A stretch of 64,000 nucleotides of DNA from Candidatus Omnitrophota bacterium (GCA_043814315.1 JBDRKE010000033.1:10422-74421); one strand, 5' to 3'. Shown: positions 36,516 through 45,875, counted from the stretch's first letter. Translations and numbers: made by a program. The notes: generated by a model from the sequence alone, not told the origin.

Positions 36516-37901
36516 TCAGAAGGCTTTTCTTTTTAATTCAGCTACGAATTGAGCAAAGAATATCTGCTTCTTCTGCAAGAGTAATGTCTGGCTGAATTCT
36601 TCCTTTTCGCTCTCAAATTTTTTCTCGTCAATCGGGGTCCTGCTTTTAGTCTTAATGATAAAAAAGCCCATGGGCAAGCTCAGAATCTCACTGAATTCTT
36701 CCTCTTTCAAGGGTTTTGCCGCCATCCAGAGTTGATCCGAAGCCCCTATCCCTTCGATGTAGCTTCCGTATTTGAAGTTATCGGTAGAGCCGCTTTTGAG
36801 CCCGCATTCCTTAGCGGTTTCTTCAAAATTGGCCTGATTTTTTAACTTCTCCAGGCACTCTTGCGCCTTGTTTCTGGCTATTTTTGTGGATTCATCTTTA
36901 ATGTATAATTCTTTGGCTTTTTCCTTGGCCTCCCTAAAATCAGGAATAAAGGTTTCCTTTCTCTCCTTGAGTTCTAATATATAATAGTTTTTGTCCATGC
37001 GAATGGGAGGCGAGAACTGCCCTACTTTTAACTTTGAAATAAGGGAGAGGATCTCGGTTGACCAGCCGATGCCGGGGATAGGGTCGGTTTGAGCGAACAT
37101 CCCCGTTTCTTTTACGGAAGTTCCTAAATCCTGCGCTATTTTTTGCAGGCCCTCTTTCTTCTGAAGGCGCTTTGCGGCCTGGTTTATTTTTTCTTCCGTT
37201 TCAACCTCTATATAGTCCATGTTAAAGGAAACCGGCTGTTTGAAGCGCAAGGGGTTTTTCGTAAAATAATCTTTACTATTATCTTCTGTGGCGGATACGT
37301 CTTGGGCGAAATCTTCCGGCTTTGCGGCTATATAAGAAATACTGACTTCTTCATTGCTTCTTTCGTACTCTTTTTTTACCTCTTCGTCGGTAACGCTGAT
37401 TTTATCCGTCACTTGTTTATAGAGTTTAGAGAGGATGATATTCTGGCGGGCCTGTTCTTCAAAAACACGGGGTTGCGTGCGAAAGACATACTGGAGGATT
37501 TCCTCATAGGTTTTTTTATCGAATTTCCCGTTGTGCTGAAAAAAAGGCAAGTTTTGTAAGAATTTCACGACCTCTTTGTCACCGGCGGTGATTTTACGCC
37601 TTTTGGCCTCGTAGAGCAGAAGAAGCCTTTCCCAGGCCGAAGCCTCGAGATTAAGCTGTTGCTCTACCTCGGGAAACTTATCTCCTAATTGCATGATGAC
37701 CGAGGCCTTTTCCGCTTGATAGGCATCCCGGAATTCTGAAAAAGAAACCTTTTTGCCGAACATCCTGCCTGCGAACGCTTCTTCTTCTTTGTTGCGTATG
37801 AGGCTGCCTGAGCCCCAGAGCACAAACGCGGGCACGATGATGGCGGCGAGGCCAATCCATATTTTCTTCGCGGTTTTCCTGTTTCGCAATACTTTAAGCA
37901 T
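36516..37901 (-). CDS. PpiD/SurA-like periplasmic chaperone (parvulin-type PPIase family)
   Basis: N-terminal membrane anchor, SurA-N-like region and a degenerate parvulin segment. Confidence 0.6.
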   Translation of the reverse strand: MLKVLRNRKTAKKIWIGLAAIIVPAFVLWGSGSLIRNKEEEAFAGRMFGKKVSFSEFRDAYQAEKASVIMQLGDKFPEVEQQLNLEASAWERLLLLYEAKRRKITAGDKEVVKFLQNLPFFQHNGKFDKKTYEEILQYVFRTQPRVFEEQARQNIILSKLYKQVTDKISVTDEEVKKEYERSNEEVSISYIAAKPEDFAQDVSATEDNSKDYFTKNPLRFKQPVSFNMDYIEVETEEKINQAAKRLQKKEGLQKIAQDLGTSVKETGMFAQTDPIPGIGWSTEILSLISKLKVGQFSPPIRMDKNYYILELKERKETFIPDFREAKEKAKELYIKDESTKIARNKAQECLEKLKNQANFEETAKECGLKSGSTDNFKYGSYIEGIGASDQLWMAAKPLKEEEFSEILSLPMGFFIIKTKSRTPIDEKKFESEKEEFSQTLLLQKKQIFFAQFVAELKRKAF

Positions 37902-37978
37902 ATACCCACTCCTTTTTAAGCCATTATAGTTTAAAATTTGAATAATGCAATTATTTTCATAGCCACGTTACGCTATAT

Positions 37979-38107
37979 GCACAGATGATCACTGATGAAG
38001 AGATACAGATGATCGCAGATATCCCTCTAAAGCGGATTTTATCTGAGATCATCTGCCGGTTTTAAAGGAAGGTTGTACGCGGATCTTTATCTGTGGCCAT
38101 CTGTGTT
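37979..38107. repeat. word-repeat long hairpin (cacagat / atctgtg words)
   Basis: cacagatgatcactgatgaagagatacagatgatcgcagat faces atctgagatcatctgcc...atctttatctgtggccatctgtg. It uses the same words as 51521-51614. Confidence 0.65.
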
Positions 38108-38141
38108 TATTGTATATTCTAGTAGTTAATGCAAATTTTCC

Positions 38142-38170
38142 TTGCAAATTGCTTAATTATATGTTATATT
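38142..38170 (+). promoter_or_regulatory. candidate sigma70 promoter with flanking GCAAATT/AAATTGC repeats
   Basis: TTGCAA (38142-38147), 17-nt spacer, TATATT (38165-38170). tgcaaatt occurs at ~38130 and ~38143, and its inverted copy aaattgca at ~38177. Confidence 0.5.
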
Positions 38171-38253
38171 TACTTAAATTGCACATTGTAGACAATTAGG
38201 AATCCGGTGGTCCTGAGGTAAGTGGAGGAACTCAGGCTTGCCACGAAAGTTAG

Positions 38254-38287
38254 TCCGGATTGACTTTGGGTCAGTCCGGATTTTTTT
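38254..38287 (+). terminator. intrinsic terminator inside the leader of the giant gene (or end of a ~110-nt sRNA)
   Basis: tccggattgac / gtcagtccgga forms an 11-bp stem with one G-U pair and loop tttgg, followed by T7. It lies 110 nt upstream of ATG 38398. Confidence 0.65.
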
Positions 38288-38397
38288 ATTTGCCCTCGCC
38301 CAACGTAGTTGGTTTTGGCAAATAACCCTACGAAGCCACACTATTTATTACTGATTGAATGGCGAAGTAGGGTAAAAGGTATAGGGAGGACAGAAAA

Positions 38398-41300
38398 ATG
38401 TTACGCAAAACAACCTCATTAGTTTTAACTCTTGGTTTATTCTTCCAACAATTAAGCTTTGCGCAGGTAGCTGTGGACCTTAATATCGCCGGGCACCTTT
38501 CCAGGATGGCTTCTGGGATGGCCGTAGAAAAATTCAGGCCTGTGCACCTGCGCTATTTTTCCTACGACAGCCTAAGTGATAATTTCAAGGTGCTCCTGGA
38601 TAAAGGAGACCTCAAGCAGTTGGATCCTCTTAAGGCCGAAGAATCAGCCAGGCAGCTTTTGAGTTACTTTTTGATAGGGGTCACTATGCCGGATGAGGCG
38701 TTTTGGGTGAACCTTAGGCCTGATTCAGAGAACCAGATTATAGACCCTTACCTGGAAAAGACAGATGTAGGTAAGATTATGCTTAAGGCGGACCTTCAGC
38801 TTAAGAAGGATACCGCAGCCCTCACTTCTCCCAAGACTCCCGAAGGCAGGGAATATTGGAACCGGCTCTATAAAAAAGCAGAGGAGCTCTATGGTTATGA
38901 GGCGGTTAATATACCTGCCTTAACCAGGCCCTGGATAGTCCCCGGTGAAATCATCATCAGGGAATCCCAGGAGAGCGCCTATATCTATAAGGCGACTCTT
39001 AAGGTGATGCTGGAGCAGGATTATTTAAAGGGGCAGGGGAGTGGCCAGGGTGCAGGGTGGATGGTACAGGGTGCAGGGAATTATGAGTTTAAGGATGAGC
39101 GCTCCAGGATTCTGAATGAATACTCAACCCAGCTTGTACGCGAACTCATCGTTCCGAAACTCACCAAAGAGGTCAATAGCGCCAAGCGCTATGCCGCAGT
39201 CAGGCAGGTGTATTATTCACTCATCCTTTCCCGCTGGTTCAAGCAGCGTTTTTCCGGAAAAAGCGGCACCTATGCTTCTCTCATCAATACCGAAGACCTC
39301 ACGAACCTGCTTTCCAGGGAACCCTGGTCAAAGACCGATTATTTCAAGCAATACCAGAAGTCATTCGCAGAAGGGGAATATAACATCCAAGAGCCGGTTT
39401 ACACTCCCACAGGCCAAACGATACGGAGTTATTTCAGCGGAGGGATGGCACTGCAAGCTATCAATACAGGTAATCGTTTTACAGTTGAACCTAACCTGGC
39501 CTTGTTTAAAACAGGGTTTCCTTTGCAAGGTGATGCTAAAGGAATTATTAGCGCCGGCTCGCCGGTGACGGAAGCGCAGGCATTAGCGAAAGAGTTTGCT
39601 GAATCAATGGCAGCTAATGACATTATTAATTCTGACCTTAAGGCGCAGGAGGAGGTAATCTCTATCTTGCTGCCCCTCATAGAAGAGTTCTCCCTTCAGT
39701 TCGGGCGCGTTTCTGTTACAGAGGAAGCATTTGATTATTATAGATGGATTCAAGGTCTTCAGGCTGACCCTAAATATGTGATGGAATTACAAAATCCGGC
39801 ATTTTATTCAAAGAAAGCCAGGGAGTTTGTCAATGAAAGGTTTGATAATATCCCCACTGTTGTTGAGAATAAATTATCAAGGTTGGCCCTTGAGGAACCG
39901 GAGCTGGTCCAATTCAAAGATGAGTTAATATTTTGGCTGCAGCAGGTTATAAGTGACGGCGTGCGCAGCGACCTTCCTGATGATTCCAAAAAAGTGAGGA
40001 TATCGGCAATATTGAGCCTACCTAACTATATCGAAGCTTCCCCCCAGAAATACCCTCCTGAGATGAATTCCCTAATAAATTCTTTTCTGGATACGCATAG
40101 TGTGGAGAAGATAAGGGCAATTGAGTCAACAAACAATAAGGAATTGGGCGAGATACTAAACATACTTACATCCAGCGTGCTTGATACCAGCCTCGTAGCT
40201 TCCGCCGGATCGCCGGTGGAATCGGAAGCTGCTTTAGTGCAACAGATAAAGGACCGGTTGTGGCGTGTAATTAAGGAAACCGAGGATTCGCTACTGTTTA
40301 ATGGTACAAAATATTTGCCTAAAAAATTAAATCAAGCTGCAAGTTTGAAAGAATTAGGCAATTTTCGTGGTGAGTTTTTTGGAGCAATCGATGAACTAAT
40401 AGCATGGAATAAAGAGAATTCCACGGTATTAAAATCTTCTGAATACAACATTGGCAGGTTGAATCAGCTAAAGAACTCTATAGTTGATATCTTACCCCAA
40501 CTCTTTGCGCAGGAAATAAATAATCTATTTAACGAAAATGTGAAATTTGAGATCTATAAAGGCGAAAGTGACGGCAATTATTATTTTAAAATGTGGGACA
40601 GAATAATAAATCAGCCCAATGTTTCCAGCGCCACAGACGGAGGTTTTTATTCCGGTAAACCCAACCTGCATAGATTGTTTATAGCCCTACTAGAATCCGG
40701 CTTTGCCCTAGATCCTAAAACCAATACGATTACCTTTAGTAACAGCCAGGCAGTCGATGAGATTAAAACCCAGATTAAAGCTCATATGCCTGAATCCGCC
40801 GCCGGCCCTTCGACTCGCTCCGCTCGCTCAGGGTCAGCGCAGCCCGATGAAGACAAAGCCGCCGGCTCGCCGGTTCAAACGGAAACTGAAGATCTGAGAA
40901 AGCTTAAGAACCTTCTTCTTTTGAAGATGGAAGACCTGACGCCTGAACATCGAAAAATCATAGGAGACTCATCTCTTGAATTGCCTTTAGGCGGAACGAC
41001 TTCATTAAAAGAATTTAATGAATCCCTTATTAAGTCTATTAAAGAAGTCGACGGCTTGATAACACGAAGCGAAGAGATTATCAAACATTATAAAGATATC
41101 CTCTCCTACAGGTGGTTAGAAAACTCAGCGAAAGATAATTTAGAGGCGTGGGGTTCATTAAAAAATATCTTAGAAGAGATATCAAAAGAATTATCAAAAT
41201 ACGCATCAATCTATCCGGCCATATTCGTGAAGGGCTTTTTAACAACTGGCTTAATGGATCAGGCCCAGGCGCCGGACGAAGGTGCCGCCGGCTCGCCGGT

Positions 41301-43587
41301 GGTTTACCCCTGGGGCAGGCAATTGTCGCCTTTGCCCAGATCTGGTGAAAACATCGTGAGCGCATTAAAAAGGTTGATGGAAAATCCCGTAACCAAAATG
41401 ATTACATTGAAAGTAGAGAATAGTTTGTATCAGAGAATAGAGCTCAACATAGAAAGCATCACAAGCGAAAAAGATAAGAGCACAATAGCGGTTTCGCCGC
41501 GCGATTTAAATGAAATATTGAACAACCTTAAAGCATCTGGTGAATTTGAGTTATCACAAGTAGGAAAAGGTTATGATACCTATATAACGGCAACTCGCAA
41601 GGCCGCCTACCTTTTGCGCTTTGTTCTTGAAAGACTCGAAAGAGTAAAGAGAGCAGAAGAAATCTTGAAAAATGAGTTGAAGAACTTTAATCATGATACG
41701 GGCTTGTCACGTTTTCCGTGGCGAAGTATATCTTACTTATCGGGATATGAAATCAATATGAATTATAATGATAAAATCAGAGAAGCAAGGGTTTATTTGC
41801 TGGGTAAAGGAGGAGAGGAGTTGTTTCAACTTGTTTATCCTGAAACAAAATTGGACGAGTTGGATAGAAAAGTAATCAAGCTGGATTTAACAGATGCAGT
41901 CAATGCAGAGCTTTGGGCCTTAAAGCAGTTAGAATCAGAATTGGAAGAAGCGAAGGCTTTGCAGGGGCGCGCAACGACCCTCGCGACGCAGGCTTCTGCC
42001 GCCGGCTCGCCGGTGAGGGAGAGTAACCATAACCATTTCACCGTGTCGTATGAGGTCACTAATGGTCAGTTTTCAGATAAGGATTTACGAGAAGATATCC
42101 AAAACTTGAAAGAACATCTTCGTAGTCAAGATACAGGCACGATAACATTTGCAAGAGAATGGATCGAAGGGGTTGTTCATCTTGAGGGGGGTCTATTCGC
42201 TCCTTATAATGCCGACGCAGAACTAGGTTTGTTTATTCAATTCCTGGCTTCTTTTATCCCTGGAACAAATATCCATAGCGCTTTAGGCGACAGTGATAAT
42301 TTAGACCTGGTTCGTAGCTTAAAATTAAGCCTTGTTCATAAAGAAGGCAAGGCGCCCAAAGGGGCAACTGTCGCTATCTCAGCTCTTAGCAAACAGATCG
42401 AGCAAGGAGTGGTAACCTTTAGCTTTAATGGCGCCGACTATTTGACGCAGGCAAAGGACAAATATATCTTTGATATAAAAGATATTCCTACTATGGTTGA
42501 AGAAGAATTAACTGCTAACGGCTCTTATGTTACATTAAAAAATCTGTTAGTTACGCATCTGCAGAAGGTTGTAGCATTGCATCAAGAAGGCCGAGCAACC
42601 GCTCAGAATGTTATATCTGCCATAAAAGCTCTTGCGGAATATATTCGCCTAGTAAGAAGCACGGGCATTGATTTAGGGGCGTGGAATAAAGTTACCGCTG
42701 GTCAAATTAACTGGCCTTTAAATCAAGTGCCGGAATTGGATTTTATTCTGTCTGAGTTAGTTAGCAGAATGCGGGGAAACTATAATGATAGAGGGCAAGA
42801 GCTGGACAAAATATTAAATTCACTTGAGAATGTTATTAAGGAAGCTGCCGCCGGCTCGCCGGTGCAGGAGTCAAACGCTATGATTATGGAACGGGCATTA
42901 AATGTTTTTCAAGACCCTCAAAAATTAAGTGAATGTTATGTAGATAATCAAATAATGGGAAAGGGTGAGGGGAAAGAAAGAAGAATACGTTACCTCTCAG
43001 GTATTGCTGAAGGTTATAAGATTTCTTTGCGCTTTGATGCAGACCACAACCACACCATGATTACATTAGTGAATCCTGAAAGTAGAATTGTAATAGCGCG
43101 ACCTTCTGTCAGTGACGCTGTTTATTATTTCGAAGTCGATAGAGACGTTATACTGTATCGATTAATTAACGAGATGAAAGATAAACTGGGCATTTCTTCT
43201 TCGCCGGTACAGGCGGTGTCTACAGATATTGCAGATGAAGGGGTAGGAGGAATTGATTTTCGTGCCCTGCCTATGACCATCCAGCCCATGGGGAGCTTCC
43301 AGGGGTTGAATTTCAGCTTACCGAAGTTAAGCCAGGCAGAGCTGGAGAGGATAAATGTGGATACGGAGCTGCGCCAGATAGAGCAAATGGTAGACTCCGG
43401 TATTACGCCTTCCGGAGCAAGGATTAAAGAGCTTATCGCTGCCTGCGCGCAAAAAGGCAAAATTAGCGCTTACGCCGACCATTTATTGCTTTGCCTCGTA
43501 GATATATGTAAACTGCAGGAGGAGGAGGCGAGCGAGACTTCGGCGGAGTTGAGGGAAGCGCTGGTTATAGTTGATGCGGTGAGCTAG
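38398..43587 (+). CDS. giant modular secreted protein (1729 aa), family unrecognised
   Basis: Signal peptide (LVLTLGLFFQQLSFAQV), then a ~350-aa conserved N-domain, six unrelated modules separated by AAGSPV junctions, and a conserved ~125-aa C-domain (GGIDFRALP...SGITPS...). SD gggagg. Confidence 0.85.
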   Translation: MLRKTTSLVLTLGLFFQQLSFAQVAVDLNIAGHLSRMASGMAVEKFRPVHLRYFSYDSLSDNFKVLLDKGDLKQLDPLKAEESARQLLSYFLIGVTMPDEAFWVNLRPDSENQIIDPYLEKTDVGKIMLKADLQLKKDTAALTSPKTPEGREYWNRLYKKAEELYGYEAVNIPALTRPWIVPGEIIIRESQESAYIYKATLKVMLEQDYLKGQGSGQGAGWMVQGAGNYEFKDERSRILNEYSTQLVRELIVPKLTKEVNSAKRYAAVRQVYYSLILSRWFKQRFSGKSGTYASLINTEDLTNLLSREPWSKTDYFKQYQKSFAEGEYNIQEPVYTPTGQTIRSYFSGGMALQAINTGNRFTVEPNLALFKTGFPLQGDAKGIISAGSPVTEAQALAKEFAESMAANDIINSDLKAQEEVISILLPLIEEFSLQFGRVSVTEEAFDYYRWIQGLQADPKYVMELQNPAFYSKKAREFVNERFDNIPTVVENKLSRLALEEPELVQFKDELIFWLQQVISDGVRSDLPDDSKKVRISAILSLPNYIEASPQKYPPEMNSLINSFLDTHSVEKIRAIESTNNKELGEILNILTSSVLDTSLVASAGSPVESEAALVQQIKDRLWRVIKETEDSLLFNGTKYLPKKLNQAASLKELGNFRGEFFGAIDELIAWNKENSTVLKSSEYNIGRLNQLKNSIVDILPQLFAQEINNLFNENVKFEIYKGESDGNYYFKMWDRIINQPNVSSATDGGFYSGKPNLHRLFIALLESGFALDPKTNTITFSNSQAVDEIKTQIKAHMPESAAGPSTRSARSGSAQPDEDKAAGSPVQTETEDLRKLKNLLLLKMEDLTPEHRKIIGDSSLELPLGGTTSLKEFNESLIKSIKEVDGLITRSEEIIKHYKDILSYRWLENSAKDNLEAWGSLKNILEEISKELSKYASIYPAIFVKGFLTTGLMDQAQAPDEGAAGSPVVYPWGRQLSPLPRSGENIVSALKRLMENPVTKMITLKVENSLYQRIELNIESITSEKDKSTIAVSPRDLNEILNNLKASGEFELSQVGKGYDTYITATRKAAYLLRFVLERLERVKRAEEILKNELKNFNHDTGLSRFPWRSISYLSGYEINMNYNDKIREARVYLLGKGGEELFQLVYPETKLDELDRKVIKLDLTDAVNAELWALKQLESELEEAKALQGRATTLATQASAAGSPVRESNHNHFTVSYEVTNGQFSDKDLREDIQNLKEHLRSQDTGTITFAREWIEGVVHLEGGLFAPYNADAELGLFIQFLASFIPGTNIHSALGDSDNLDLVRSLKLSLVHKEGKAPKGATVAISALSKQIEQGVVTFSFNGADYLTQAKDKYIFDIKDIPTMVEEELTANGSYVTLKNLLVTHLQKVVALHQEGRATAQNVISAIKALAEYIRLVRSTGIDLGAWNKVTAGQINWPLNQVPELDFILSELVSRMRGNYNDRGQELDKILNSLENVIKEAAAGSPVQESNAMIMERALNVFQDPQKLSECYVDNQIMGKGEGKERRIRYLSGIAEGYKISLRFDADHNHTMITLVNPESRIVIARPSVSDAVYYFEVDRDVILYRLINEMKDKLGISSSPVQAVSTDIADEGVGGIDFRALPMTIQPMGSFQGLNFSLPKLSQAELERINVDTELRQIEQMVDSGITPSGARIKELIAACAQKGKISAYADHLLLCLVDICKLQEEEASETSAELREALVIVDAVS
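39550..43212 (+). repeat. interspersed in-frame junction repeat GCCGCCGGCTCGCCGGTG (7 sites)
   Basis: Exact 18/18 at 41284, 41998 and 42847; 17/18 at 40858; 16/18 at 39550 and 40201; core tcgccggt at ~43201. Confidence 0.9.
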
Positions 43588-43626
43588 CGCAAAAATTGAA
43601 TCGTTAAGGACAAAGATTAGAAAAAA

Positions 43627-43656
43627 GGGCAGACCTCTCAGGGTCTGCCCTTTTTT
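43627..43656 (+). terminator. intrinsic terminator after the giant gene
   Basis: gggcagacc / ggtctgccc forms a 9-bp stem followed by T6, with an A-run upstream. Confidence 0.8.
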
Positions 43657-43820
43657 CTCCTTTACAAAATATTATTATGCAGTATAATAAATTCTCGCGT
43701 CAAAGGAGAAGATTAAGGTAAGAAGGGCCTGGGCCATTAATCCCAGGACGCGCGTCAAAAAAAGCAAAAAGACGTATTCGCGCCGGAAGGCCAAGCGCGA
43801 GACGCGAAAGGCCATTAAAA

Positions 43821-44699
43821 ATGAAGAATAAAGTGTTGAAATTGGGCGTTCCCAAGGGAAGCCTGCAGGAGTCGACCTTTAAGATGTTTAAGAAGGCTGG
43901 GTTTAATATCTCCGTTTCAGAGCGCTCCTATTTTCCCTCCATCGATGATCCGGAAATAGAACCGGTGCTTTTGCGCGCCCAGGAGATGTCCCGCTACGTT
44001 GAAACAGACCTGGACTGCGGGATCACCGGAGAGGACTGGATCCAGGAGAATAGCTCTCAAGTCGTAAGAATTACGGAATTAGTGTACGCGAAACAATCCT
44101 TAAGGCCGGTGCGCTGGGTGGTTGCCGTGCCCGAGGACTCCTGTGTCAAGAGCATCAAAGACCTTGAAGGCAAGCAGATTGCCACCGAGCTGGTCAATGT
44201 CACTAAAAAATTCCTGAAAGAGAACGGAATAAAAGCGGACGTGGAATTCAGCTGGGGCGCTACGGAGGTTAAAGTCGCGCAAGGCCTGGTTGAGGCTATC
44301 GTGGAGCTTACCGAGACCGGCAGGAGCCTTGAGGCGAACAAGCTTAAAATCATTGCCACGGTCTGCCAATCCACCACCCAGTTTATCGCCAATAAGGATT
44401 CCTATAAAGATGCCTGGAAAAAGGCCAAGATGGAGCAGGTTGCCCTTCTCTTAAAAGGCGCCATCGCTGCCGAAGAGAAGGTCGGCCTTAAAATGAACGT
44501 CAGCAAAAAAGACCTTAAAAAGGTCCTTGCGCTTTTGCCGGCCTTAAAAAGGCCGACCATTTCGGGCCTTTCCGATGACGGCTGGTTTGCCATCGAGACG
44601 GTCATCGACGAGAAAGTGGTGCGGGAATTGATACCCGGCCTCAAAAATGCAGGGGCCCAGGGGATTATAGAGTATCCGTTGAATAAGGTTATCTATTAA
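43821..44699 (+). CDS. hisG: ATP phosphoribosyltransferase (long form)
   Basis: 292 aa; LGVPKGSL and TGRSL motifs plus a C-terminal regulatory domain. Confidence 0.88.
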   Translation: MKNKVLKLGVPKGSLQESTFKMFKKAGFNISVSERSYFPSIDDPEIEPVLLRAQEMSRYVETDLDCGITGEDWIQENSSQVVRITELVYAKQSLRPVRWVVAVPEDSCVKSIKDLEGKQIATELVNVTKKFLKENGIKADVEFSWGATEVKVAQGLVEAIVELTETGRSLEANKLKIIATVCQSTTQFIANKDSYKDAWKKAKMEQVALLLKGAIAAEEKVGLKMNVSKKDLKKVLALLPALKRPTISGLSDDGWFAIETVIDEKVVRELIPGLKNAGAQGIIEYPLNKVIY

Positions 44700-44784
44700 G
44701 TAACCAGTAACCAGAAACCAGAAGAATATTTTTCTGTACTCTGTCATCTGTAATCTGGTTTTTCCCGAACGCAGTGAGGGCAAA

Positions 44785-44886
44785 ATGCCTTGCGGAAAAA
44801 AGAGAAAACGTAGAAAGATCAAGACCCACAAGAGAAAGAAAGCGCGCCGCCGCCTTCGTCACCTGAAGAAGAGAGCCTGGGGTTAA
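44785..44886 (+). CDS. 33-aa highly basic protein, bS22-like (AURKAIP1/COX24-type) candidate
   Basis: ATG after a gaggg SD. Product MPCGKKRKRRKIKTHKRKKARRRLRHLKKRAWG. It is below the ORF-track length cutoff. Confidence 0.5.
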   Translation: MPCGKKRKRRKIKTHKRKKARRRLRHLKKRAWG

Positions 44887-44894
44887 TCTTTTAC

Positions 44895-45866
44895 ATGGTT
44901 TCTTTTATTAAAAAGATTGGCGTGGGCCTAGGCTTGTGCCTTGCCCTGCTTGTGCTGGTAAGTACAAAAGCCGACGGCCTGGATAAAAAGGCCTCTTTTG
45001 CGCTCAGCCACTATATTATGGGCGTTTACCATGAGGACCTGGGCCAAATCGATGAGGCTATAGAGGAATACAAAAAGGCCTTAAGGGCAGACGATATGAA
45101 TTTGGTTATCCATCTGAACCTGGCCTCTAGTTATATCAAGAAAGACGATGCGGCTAAGGCCATCGAAGAGTTAAACCTGGCCAGCCGTATTGACCCCGAA
45201 GCGATAGAGCCGCATGCGCTCTTAGCGCTTCTTTATTCCTCCCAAGGCGAGTTGGGCCTGGCTACCCGCGAATATGAATCCGCGCTTGAGAATGCCTCTA
45301 AATTAGAACCCCAGAACATCGATATCTATAAAAATTTAGGCTTAATCTATTTGCAGCAGAAGAAATTTAAAGAGGCCGAAGAAACTTACCGTTTGATAAC
45401 CCAGTTGTCTCCCGAAGATGCGCGGCCCTATTTTTATTTGGCTAGCGTCTACAACGAATTAAAAAAAAATGATTTGGCTGAAACCCAGCTGCGGCGCGCC
45501 CTGGAATTAAAGCCCGATTATCACGAAGCGCTCAATTTCTTAGGATATCTTTATGTGGAGCAGGATAAGAATTTGGATGAAGCGCACGCGTTGATCAAGA
45601 AGGCCTTGGAATTTGATCCCAATAACGGCGCCTACATCGATAGCCTGGGCTGGTTTTATTTTAAAAGAGGGGATTTTGACCGGGCGCTGCAGGAACTGGA
45701 AAAAGCAAGCGCTCTTTTGGAGGATCCGGTTATTTATGACCATCTCGGCGATACCTATTTTAAGCTCAAGGATGCAGAAAGAGCAAAAAACAACTGGGAG
45801 AAATCACTGGAACTGAAGCCGCAACAGGATGAGGTCAAAGAGAAGATAGAGAAATTGAATTTGTAA
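44895..45866 (+). CDS. TPR-repeat protein with signal peptide
   Basis: N-terminal hydrophobic signal and repeated 34-aa A..Y...L...P motifs. Confidence 0.8.
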   Translation: MVSFIKKIGVGLGLCLALLVLVSTKADGLDKKASFALSHYIMGVYHEDLGQIDEAIEEYKKALRADDMNLVIHLNLASSYIKKDDAAKAIEELNLASRIDPEAIEPHALLALLYSSQGELGLATREYESALENASKLEPQNIDIYKNLGLIYLQQKKFKEAEETYRLITQLSPEDARPYFYLASVYNELKKNDLAETQLRRALELKPDYHEALNFLGYLYVEQDKNLDEAHALIKKALEFDPNNGAYIDSLGWFYFKRGDFDRALQELEKASALLEDPVIYDHLGDTYFKLKDAERAKNNWEKSLELKPQQDEVKEKIEKLNL

Positions 45867-45875
45867 GATTTCCAT

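Noticed and set aside
38190-38290. Identification of the leader RNA as SRP RNA or a c-di-GMP riboswitch.
   Set aside because: It lacks the conserved SRP helix-8 GGAA/AGCA motifs. It shows only a vague ACGAAAG..CCGG resemblance to GEMM-I, without the paired tetraloop/receptor layout. The class is left unassigned.
39116-39568. Alternative-frame ORFs inside the giant gene (for example 39116-39568 +, 41081-41365 -).
   Set aside because: They are fully embedded in the long conserved frame, whose N-domain is corroborated by the paralog. There is no independent support.
43691-43833. Open frame encoding a basic peptide (...[36 protein letters not shown]) just upstream of and overlapping the hisG start.
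   Set aside because: There is no ATG, GTG or TTG in frame downstream of the preceding stop at 43688-43690. The only SD-like aaggag is followed by ATT after 3 nt. It may be leader sequence; it is not supportable as a CDS.
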